Below, piece by piece: positions 57,001-64,000 of a stretch of 64,000 nt of DNA. The position numbers were made by a program, and so were the translations under genes. A model generated the notes under the pieces. That model searched no databases. It worked only from the letters and a program-made list of their open reading frames with translations, and had not been told where the DNA came from. The DNA is from an uncultured Flavobacteriaceae bacterium (GTDB lineage Bacteria > Bacteroidota > Bacteroidia > Flavobacteriales > Flavobacteriaceae). The stretch lies in the NCBI GenBank assembly GCA_947501625.1, contig CANMWN010000001.1, positions 381,319 through 445,318 on the forward strand, read 5' to 3'. Numbering within the stretch: the first letter of the stretch is position 1; each line of letters starts with the position of its first letter.

Positions 57001-57310
57001 AGTGACTTCAATATAGAATCTAGTGTCTAAATACATGGTTAGTACGAAAACTCTATTATTAAATTCAAATTTAATAATGGGTTTTTAATAAGGAAAAAGC
57101 ACTCATTATCTATGGATGAGTGCTTTTCTGTTTTTATAAATTTAAAAAAAATAAAAAAAATGTGACTTATTAAAAAAGTTGGTGTCTTAATAAATGGTTA
57201 GTATAGGAAAACATTTCATTAATTCACTCTTGAAGTTGTGAAATGTCCCCAAAGATCCTAGGCATCCGTTTTCTATGAGCGGATGCTTTTCTTTTTTATA
57301 AATTTAAATA
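57001..57310 (+). repeat. Tandem duplication (2 x ~160 bp) of an intergenic unit, each ending in a hairpin terminator with a conserved loop and covarying stem
   Basis: Unit A starts gtgacttcaa..ggttagtacgaaaac and ends with the hairpin aagcactcat-tatctatgg-atgagtgctt + tttctgtttttataaatttaaa. Unit B starts gtgacttatt..ggttagtataggaaaac and ends with gcatccg-ttttctatga-gcggatgc + ttttcttttttataaatttaaa. Confidence 0.7.
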
Positions 57311-58192
57311 ATCGCTTAATTTTTCTGGCCCTTCAAGTACTGTTCTAACTATTTGAATTGTACCATCATCATGTGTCGTAGTGTGCCATTTAATCAATGT
57401 AATTTCTGCATTTTCAATTTCAATACCTGTAATGGCTCTTGGATGCACACAACTACCATCGTTAAAATAAGGCAATTCATTAGGCTCAGGAAAACGTGGT
57501 CTATGTGTATGGCCAGCAATTACCATTTGATTATCATTATTTATAATCCACTTTTTTATTCTTCGTTCAACTTTTATCAACTCTTTATAATTTTTTGCTG
57601 GACTTGTTGGATCTTTAATACCAAATACTTTTTGAAGCGGTTGCCAGAAAAAGCGTACTAAAAAACGACTTAATTTCCATAAGGCATAATTAAAGAAATC
57701 AGCTTGGTGACCATGAATTAATAAGATATTTTTTTTATAACCATCAAAATTTAAAATAATACTTTCATAAAACTTAAGCCCTTGAAAAAGTGGTTTTTGC
57801 TCTCCAGTGATTACATCAAAATAGGAGCTTAAAAATCGCTCAACATAACTTGGATTTCTATAAACCATATCATGATTCCCATAAATCATATGTAATCTTT
57901 TTTGATCATGAAACTGCTTTAATAATACATAGATATTCTTATGTGAATCAAAAATTGTTTCAAATTTTCTATTTTCCCATAATTCATCTCCATCTCCTAA
58001 TTCAAAATAGGAAAACCCATCATCAAAATAAGTTTTTAATGCGTGGAAATAAACTTGTTTATTGTGTGAAAAATCATCAGCATAACTATTATCTCCTCTA
58101 TGGCAATCGCTAAAAAAAATTAATTTAGAATTTTTATCTATTGCAATATGCTTTGCGTTTTGATATGCTCTAGAAAGTAACTGCTGAATCAT
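57296..58192 (-). CDS. Calcineurin-like metallophosphoesterase
   Basis: 298 aa; MPE signature (GD..D; GDGDELWEN; GNHD; GH.H). Confidence 0.75.
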   Translation of the reverse strand: MIQQLLSRAYQNAKHIAIDKNSKLIFFSDCHRGDNSYADDFSHNKQVYFHALKTYFDDGFSYFELGDGDELWENRKFETIFDSHKNIYVLLKQFHDQKRLHMIYGNHDMVYRNPSYVERFLSSYFDVITGEQKPLFQGLKFYESIILNFDGYKKNILLIHGHQADFFNYALWKLSRFLVRFFWQPLQKVFGIKDPTSPAKNYKELIKVERRIKKWIINNDNQMVIAGHTHRPRFPEPNELPYFNDGSCVHPRAITGIEIENAEITLIKWHTTTHDDGTIQIVRTVLEGPEKLSDYLNL

Positions 58193-58328
58193 AAATTATT
58201 TTGACTATAAATGTTGTATTTGAACAAAAATAATTAAATAATTAATTAAACCTTGAAAAGTCATTGTTTTAAAGGGAATTTCATACAAATTTAGTAATTT
58301 CGCAAACTAATTGATTAGTACGTAGAAG

Positions 58329-61300
58329 ATGAGTAAAAAATTCAGAGAATATAAAGGATTAGACCTTCCAAAAGTTGCAAATGACACACTTCAATATTGG
58401 GAAGAAAATTCAATTTTTGAAAAAAGTATAACTACTCGTGAAGGAAATAAACCTTTTGTGTTTTTTGAAGGACCTCCTTCAGCAAATGGATTGCCTGGAA
58501 TTCACCACGTAATGGGACGATCAATTAAGGATATTTTTTGCCGATATAAAACCTTACAAGGATATCAGGTAAAAAGAAAAGCAGGTTGGGATACACATGG
58601 TTTACCAATCGAATTGGGTGTAGAAAAAGAGTTAGGTATTACAAAAGAGGATATTGGTAAAAAAATAAGTGTAGAAGAATATAACGAGGCTTGTAGAAAA
58701 GCGGTAATGCGTTATACTGATGTTTGGGAAAATCTTACCAAAACAATGGGACATTGGGTTGATATGAACGACCCATATGTTACCTATCATTCAAAATATA
58801 TGGAATCTGTTTGGTGGCTTTTAAAACAGATTTATAATAAAGATTTATTATACAAAGGATACACTATACAACCTTATTCTCCTAAGGCTGGAACAGGATT
58901 GAGTTCTCATGAGATCAATCAACCTGGAGCCTATCAAGATGTTACGGATACAACTATTGTCGCGCAGTTTAAAGCATTAAGTGAAAGTTTGCCTAGTTTT
59001 TTAAACAACAAGGGTGCAATTCATTTTTTGGCTTGGACCACAACTCCTTGGACACTGCCAAGTAATACTGCTTTAACTGTAGGTCCAAAAATTGATTATG
59101 TATTAGCAAAAACTTTCAATCAATATACTTTTGAGCCAGTTAATTTAGTGTTAGCAAAAGCATTAGTTGGTAAACAGTTTGGAAAGAAATACAACCAAGT
59201 AGAAGAAGTCTCAGAGTTGTCTAATTATAAAAGCGGAGATAAAAAAATACCATTTTTTATTGATACTGAATTCAAAGGAGCAAATTTAGTTGGTATAAAA
59301 TACGAGCAATTATTGCCATATACACTTCCGTATCAAAATCCAGAAAATGCTTTTAGAGTTATTTCTGGTGATTTTGTAACAACCGAAGACGGTACAGGAA
59401 TAGTTCATACGGCTCCTACTTTTGGAGCAGATGATGCATTGGTTGCTAAACAAGCAATTCCTGAAGTTCCACCAATGTTAGTATTGGATAAAAATGAAAA
59501 TCCAGTTCCTTTAGTAGATTTACAAGGTAGATTTACAAGTCATATGGGAGAATTTGCTGGGAAGTATGTGAAGAATGAATATTACAATGCAGATGAAACT
59601 CCTGAAAAATCAGTTGATGTAGAAATTGCTATTAAATTAAAAGAAGAAAATAAAGCATTTCATGTAGAAAAGTATAAACACAACTATCCTCATTGTTGGA
59701 GAACAGATAAGCCAATTTTATATTACCCGCTAGATTCTTGGTTTATCAAAGTCACTGAAAAGCGTGATAGAATGTTTGAGCTAAATGAGCAAATAAACTG
59801 GAAGCCAAAATCTACAGGAGAAGGACGATTTGGAAATTGGTTGAAAAATGCAAATGATTGGAATTTATCTCGCTCTCGTTATTGGGGAATTCCATTACCA
59901 ATTTGGAGAACTGAGGATGGAACCGAAGAAATGATTATTGGCTCAGTTGAAGAATTAAAAAATGAGATGAAACGTGCTGTTGATGCTGGCTTAATGAAAA
60001 CAGATATTTATCCAGAATTTGAAGTTGGAAATATGTCTGAAGAGAATTATGATAAAATTGATTTGCATAAAAATATTGTGGATCAGATTACATTAGTTTC
60101 TCCTTCAGGTAAACCAATGAAGCGTGAAGCAGATTTGATTGATGTTTGGTTTGATTCAGGTTCAATGCCTTACGCTCAATGGCATTATCCATTTGAGAAT
60201 AGAGATTTAATAGAAGAAAATAAATTTTTCCCTGCCGATTTTATTGCTGAAGGTGTAGATCAAACTCGTGGATGGTTTTATACGCAACATGCTATTGGAA
60301 CGTTGGTTTTTGACTCAATGGCTTATAAAAATGTTGTTTCTAACGGACTTGTTTTAGACAAGCATGGAAAGAAAATGTCTAAGCGACTTGGAAATGGAGT
60401 TGATCCATTTGAAACAATGGAAAAATATGGAGCAGATGCCACACGCTGGTATATGATCTCTAATGCTAATCCTTGGGATAATTTAAAATTTGATGTTGAT
60501 GGTATTGATGAAGTAAAACGTAAATTCTTCGGAACATTATATAATACTTATTCTTTCTTTTCTTTATATGCCAATATTGATAATTTTAATTATTCGGAAA
60601 AAGAGATAGATATAAAAGATAGACCAGAAATTGATCGTTGGATTTTATCGGAATTGAATACTTTGATTAAGTATGTTGAGGAGTCGTTTGATGATTATGA
60701 GCCTACAAAAGCAGCTCGCGCTATTCAGAATTTTGTTACTGAAAACTTAAGTAATTGGTTTGTAAGATTAAGTAGAAGACGTTTTTGGAAAGGAGATTAT
60801 CAACAAGATAAAATTTCAGCGTATCAAACATTATATACTTGTTTGTTAACAGTTGCTAAATTAGGCTCGCCTATTGCGCCATTCTTTATGGATAATCTAT
60901 ATAAAGATTTAACTTCTGCAACAGGAAAAGGAAAAGGCTTAGAGTCTGTTCATATTGATAATTTTCCAACTTATGATGCTTCATTGGTAGATGTTGATTT
61001 GGAAAGAAAAATGCAAAAAGCACAGAAGATAGCATCAATGGTATTATCGCTTCGTAAAAAAGAGATGATTAAAGTTCGTCAACCATTACAAAGAATAATG
61101 ATTCCAGTTCTGGACAATCAAGATAGAGAAGATATATTAGCAATTCAAGATTTAATAATTTCGGAAGTAAATGTTAAAGAAATTGAATTGATTGATGATG
61201 CTTCAGATATACTTGTTAAAAACATAAAACCTAATTTTAAAGTGCTTGGGCCTAAGTATGGTAAGGATATGCGCTTGATAGGTGCTAAAATTCAGAAATT

Positions 61301-61736
61301 TGGACAAGAAGATATCAACAAAATTGAAAAAGACGGCGAAATTGCTATTAAAATCAATGATAATTTTGTAAAATTGTCTGTTGATGAGGTAGAAATTTCT
61401 TCACAAGACATCGAAGGTTGGTTAGTTGCTAATCAAGGAAATTTAACAGTTGCACTTGATGTTACAATTACCGATGATCTTAGAAAAGAAGGAAATGCAC
61501 GTGAATTGATTAATAGAGTTCAAAACTTACGTAAAGATTCAGGTTTTGAAGTGACTGATAAAATTAAATTGAGCGTAGAAAAAAATAAAATATTAGAAGA
61601 ATCCGTTTTTGCTAATGAGCAATATATTAAAAACGAAACTTTGACAAATGATTTAGTGTTTGTAGATAGTTTGACTAACGGTGTTGATATTGCTTTTGAT
61701 GATGTAGAAACAAAAATATTAATAGAGAAAAATTAA
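58329..61736 (+). CDS. ileS: Isoleucyl-tRNA synthetase (type 2 / eukaryote-like form)
   Basis: 1135 aa; HIGH-class motif (PPSANGLPGIHHVMG), KMSKR (KMSKS) motif, and a long C-terminal extension typical of Bacteroidetes IleRS. Confidence 0.95.
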   Translation: MSKKFREYKGLDLPKVANDTLQYWEENSIFEKSITTREGNKPFVFFEGPPSANGLPGIHHVMGRSIKDIFCRYKTLQGYQVKRKAGWDTHGLPIELGVEKELGITKEDIGKKISVEEYNEACRKAVMRYTDVWENLTKTMGHWVDMNDPYVTYHSKYMESVWWLLKQIYNKDLLYKGYTIQPYSPKAGTGLSSHEINQPGAYQDVTDTTIVAQFKALSESLPSFLNNKGAIHFLAWTTTPWTLPSNTALTVGPKIDYVLAKTFNQYTFEPVNLVLAKALVGKQFGKKYNQVEEVSELSNYKSGDKKIPFFIDTEFKGANLVGIKYEQLLPYTLPYQNPENAFRVISGDFVTTEDGTGIVHTAPTFGADDALVAKQAIPEVPPMLVLDKNENPVPLVDLQGRFTSHMGEFAGKYVKNEYYNADETPEKSVDVEIAIKLKEENKAFHVEKYKHNYPHCWRTDKPILYYPLDSWFIKVTEKRDRMFELNEQINWKPKSTGEGRFGNWLKNANDWNLSRSRYWGIPLPIWRTEDGTEEMIIGSVEELKNEMKRAVDAGLMKTDIYPEFEVGNMSEENYDKIDLHKNIVDQITLVSPSGKPMKREADLIDVWFDSGSMPYAQWHYPFENRDLIEENKFFPADFIAEGVDQTRGWFYTQHAIGTLVFDSMAYKNVVSNGLVLDKHGKKMSKRLGNGVDPFETMEKYGADATRWYMISNANPWDNLKFDVDGIDEVKRKFFGTLYNTYSFFSLYANIDNFNYSEKEIDIKDRPEIDRWILSELNTLIKYVEESFDDYEPTKAARAIQNFVTENLSNWFVRLSRRRFWKGDYQQDKISAYQTLYTCLLTVAKLGSPIAPFFMDNLYKDLTSATGKGKGLESVHIDNFPTYDASLVDVDLERKMQKAQKIASMVLSLRKKEMIKVRQPLQRIMIPVLDNQDREDILAIQDLIISEVNVKEIELIDDASDILVKNIKPNFKVLGPKYGKDMRLIGAKIQKFGQEDINKIEKDGEIAIKINDNFVKLSVDEVEISSQDIEGWLVANQGNLTVALDVTITDDLRKEGNARELINRVQNLRKDSGFEVTDKIKLSVEKNKILEESVFANEQYIKNETLTNDLVFVDSLTNGVDIAFDDVETKILIEKN

Positions 61737-61740
61737 AATT

Positions 61741-62121
61741 ATGGAAACAACTCCACAAAGATATTCAGATAAAGAATTAGAAGAATTCAGAGAAATAATT
61801 TTAGCGAAAATCGCACATGCAGAAGAAGATTTGCATTTATTAAAAGGTGCGTTTAAGAATGATAGAAATAACGGTACAGAAGACACTTCACCTACCTTTA
61901 AAGCATTTGAAGAAGGCTCTGAAACAATGAGTAAAGAGGCGAATGTGCAATTGGCAATTCGTCAAGAAAAATTTATTAGAGATTTGAATAATGCGATTAT
62001 GAGAATTGAAAATAAAACATATGGAATTTGTCGTGTAACTGGTAAATTGATTCAAAAAGAACGTTTAAAATTAGTTCCACATGCTACTTTAAGCATTGAG
62101 GCTAAAAAAATGCAATCATAA
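61741..62121 (+). CDS. DksA/TraR-family regulator (Cys-depleted zinc-finger variant)
   Basis: 126 aa; coiled-coil N-terminus and a DksA C-terminal region (YGICRVTGKLI...L..P.A) with only one Cys retained. Conserved position between ileS and lspA. Confidence 0.65.
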   Translation: METTPQRYSDKELEEFREIILAKIAHAEEDLHLLKGAFKNDRNNGTEDTSPTFKAFEEGSETMSKEANVQLAIRQEKFIRDLNNAIMRIENKTYGICRVTGKLIQKERLKLVPHATLSIEAKKMQS

Positions 62122-62132
62122 AAAGCGACTCT

Positions 62133-62759
62133 TTGAAAAAGTATTTATTTGTCATTTTTATTGTTCTTCTTATAGACCAACTTTCTAAAATTTATATTAA
62201 AACTCACTTTTATTTAGGTGAACATATTAATATTTTAGGATTGGATTGGGCGCAAATCAGATTTGTAGAGAATAACGGAATGGCTTGGGGAACGGAGTTT
62301 GGAGGAAGAAAAGGTAAATTATTTTTAACGCTTTTTCGTTTGGTTGCTATTACCGGAATTGGCTATTGGTTAGTCACAACTGTGAAAAATAATGGGCCTA
62401 AATTATTAGCATTTGCAGTTTCTTTAATTTTTGCCGGTGCTTTTGGGAATATTATTGATTCAGTAATATACGGAACTATTTTTGATGCTTCTACACCTCA
62501 ACATATTGCAACTTTATTTGCTGAAAACACTTATGATTCTTTATTTCATGGAAAGGTAGTAGATATGCTTTATTTCCCGTTTATTGAAAATGGTGTATTC
62601 CCTTCATGGTTTCCGTTTGTAGGTGACGAAACATTTACATTTTTTAACGCTATTTTCAATGTAGCCGACTTTGCTATTTCTTGCGGTGTTGGAATTTTAA
62701 TTGTATTCAACAAAAGAGTTTTTCCTAAAGAAACTAGTACTGAAGTTTCAGAAAATTAA
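62133..62759 (+). CDS. lspA: Lipoprotein signal peptidase II
   Basis: 208 aa; LspA motifs (NNGMAWG; FNVADFAISCG) and conserved ileS-lspA linkage. Confidence 0.9.
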   Translation: MKKYLFVIFIVLLIDQLSKIYIKTHFYLGEHINILGLDWAQIRFVENNGMAWGTEFGGRKGKLFLTLFRLVAITGIGYWLVTTVKNNGPKLLAFAVSLIFAGAFGNIIDSVIYGTIFDASTPQHIATLFAENTYDSLFHGKVVDMLYFPFIENGVFPSWFPFVGDETFTFFNAIFNVADFAISCGVGILIVFNKRVFPKETSTEVSEN

Positions 62760-62805
62760 AATCGGCATATTTATTTTTAAGTAATATTTTGTATAAATTC
62801 GTTGT

Positions 62806-64000
62806 ATGCAAAATACTTCTTTGGATATTCAAGTTAAAACACTCCCTAACAGTCCAGGAGTATATCAATATTTTGATAAAAACGATGTAATTATATATGT
62901 AGGTAAAGCAAAAAACTTAAAGAAACGAGTTGCTTCTTATTTTACCAAAAAACATGAAAATGGGAAAACAAGAATTCTCGTTCGCAAGATTGTAAGAGTT
63001 GAGCATATTGTTGTTGAAACTGAGTCTGATGCGCTGTTACTCGAAAACAATCTTATAAAAAAATATCAGCCTAGATATAATGTATTGTTGAAAGATGATA
63101 AATCTTATCCTTGGATTTGCATTAAAAAAGAACGTTTTCCGCGTATTTTTTCAACCCGACGAGTTATTAAAGACGGTTCAGAATATTTTGGTCCCTATAC
63201 AAATGTTAGAACCGTAAATACGCTGTTGGAATTGATAAGGGAATTATATCAATTACGCACTTGTAATTATGATTTGTCACAAGAGAAAATCAATGCAAAA
63301 AAATATAAGGTTTGTTTAGAGTATCATTTAGGGAACTGTAAAGGTCCTTGTGAAGGTTTACAAACCGAAAAAAGTTACCAAGAAGACGTGCTAGCAATTA
63401 GAAATATAATAAAAGGGAATTTTAAAGATAGTTTAGAACGATTTAATGAAATGATGTTGAATTTTGCTAATGAAATGAAATTTGAAGAGGCTCAAAAAAT
63501 AAAAGAGAAATTAGCATTATTAGAAAATTATCAAGCCAAATCAACAATTGTAAGTCCGAGTATAAATAATGTAGATGTATTTTCTATAATTTCAGATGAA
63601 GGTTATGGTTATGCTAATTTTTTCAAAATTATGAATGGTGCAATTATACAGTCATACACTACCGAAATTAAAAAGAAATTGGACGAGACAGATAAAGAAT
63701 TATTAGAATTATTTATAGTTGAAACTAGAAGTAGGTTTAATTCGCTATCCAAGGAAATTTATGTTCCTTTTCATGTAGATGTTGGAGAAGCTATGAAAGT
63801 CACTGTACCAAAACTAGGGGATAAAAAGCGTATTGTAGAGTTATCCATCAGAAATGCAAAATACTATCGTCAAGAACAATTCAAGCAAATAAAAATTGTA
63901 GATCCTGACCGACATGTAAAACGAATTATGGCTCAAATGCAGAAAGATTTAAGGCTCAAAGTTGAGCCAAGGCATATTGAGTGTTTTGATAATTCAAATA
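62806..64000 (+). CDS. uvrC: Excinuclease ABC subunit C UvrC (5' portion; runs off the end of the window)
   Basis: ATG at 62806; the open frame continues to the window end. N-terminal GIY-YIG nuclease domain (LPNSPGVYQYFDKNDVIIYVGKAKNLKKRVASYF) followed by the UvrB-interacting region. Confidence 0.85.
   Translation, partial: MQNTSLDIQVKTLPNSPGVYQYFDKNDVIIYVGKAKNLKKRVASYFTKKHENGKTRILVRKIVRVEHIVVETESDALLLENNLIKKYQPRYNVLLKDDKSYPWICIKKERFPRIFSTRRVIKDGSEYFGPYTNVRTVNTLLELIRELYQLRTCNYDLSQEKINAKKYKVCLEYHLGNCKGPCEGLQTEKSYQEDVLAIRNIIKGNFKDSLERFNEMMLNFANEMKFEEAQKIKEKLALLENYQAKSTIVSPSINNVDVFSIISDEGYGYANFFKIMNGAIIQSYTTEIKKKLDETDKELLELFIVETRSRFNSLSKEIYVPFHVDVGEAMKVTVPKLGDKKRIVELSIRNAKYYRQEQFKQIKIVDPDRHVKRIMAQMQKDLRLKVEPRHIECFDNSN

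Noticed and set aside
1-64000. Scan for CRISPR arrays, IS elements/transposases, integrases, prophage genes, tRNA/rRNA genes
   Set aside because: There are no regularly spaced direct repeats. There are no DDE-transposase, tyrosine or serine recombinase, or phage structural ORFs. No intergenic region shows a tRNA-like T-arm (GTTCGA/GGTTCGAATCC context) or rRNA-like GC-rich stretches. The only GC-rich stems present are intrinsic terminators.

Overview
This is a low-GC (about 32-35%) Bacteroidota chromosome segment, most likely Flavobacterium: it carries gldD/gldE, a PorP/SprF gene and many TAnnTTTG -7 promoter boxes. It is mostly densely packed housekeeping and metabolic genes. From the start these are: a molybdenum-cofactor cluster (moaE ... 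moeB, mobA, moaC, moeA, moaA); kdtA; rpmA-rplU; metal-related lipoproteins and heme A synthase; gldD-gldE-ssb; mutY-hup-rng; umuC-umuD; the bioF-bioD-bioA-KAS / nfeD-flotillin / bioB cluster; rseP; SCO1; feoAB; a DtxR-controlled Mn/Fe ABC importer; leuS; a ribA-like gene; a two-component sensor; porP; ileS-dksA-lspA; and a 5' partial uvrC.

The standout feature is a ~2.65 kb AT-rich insertion (16221-18875) between the normally adjacent ssb and mutY genes. It encodes a single 564-aa retron-type reverse transcriptase that aligns closely to Ec86 RT across all core motifs and carries the retron NAxxH and VTG signatures. It has a ~250-aa C-terminal extension with a HEPN-like Rx4H motif (RNDDSH). 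I found no separate effector gene. The element is flanked by highly structured non-coding DNA. Downstream of the RT there is a 275-bp element bounded by perfect 14-bp inverted repeats (a1/a2-like) with a 14-bp-stem hairpin near its 3' end; this is the candidate msr/msd and is unusually placed after the RT. Upstream there is an 18-bp perfect palindrome. I read this as a candidate one-protein retron with a fused RT-HEPN effector, a likely anti-phage system, and it is not an architecture I can place in a retron type I know.

Smaller points of interest are: a compound hairpin repeat between moaE and rluF; a tandemly duplicated terminator unit with covarying stems after porP; metal ABC permeases with C-terminal winged-helix-like tails; a 30-aa poly-basic micro-ORF; and an NfeD-flotillin pair splitting the biotin operon. 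I saw no CRISPR array, transposase, tRNA or rRNA.
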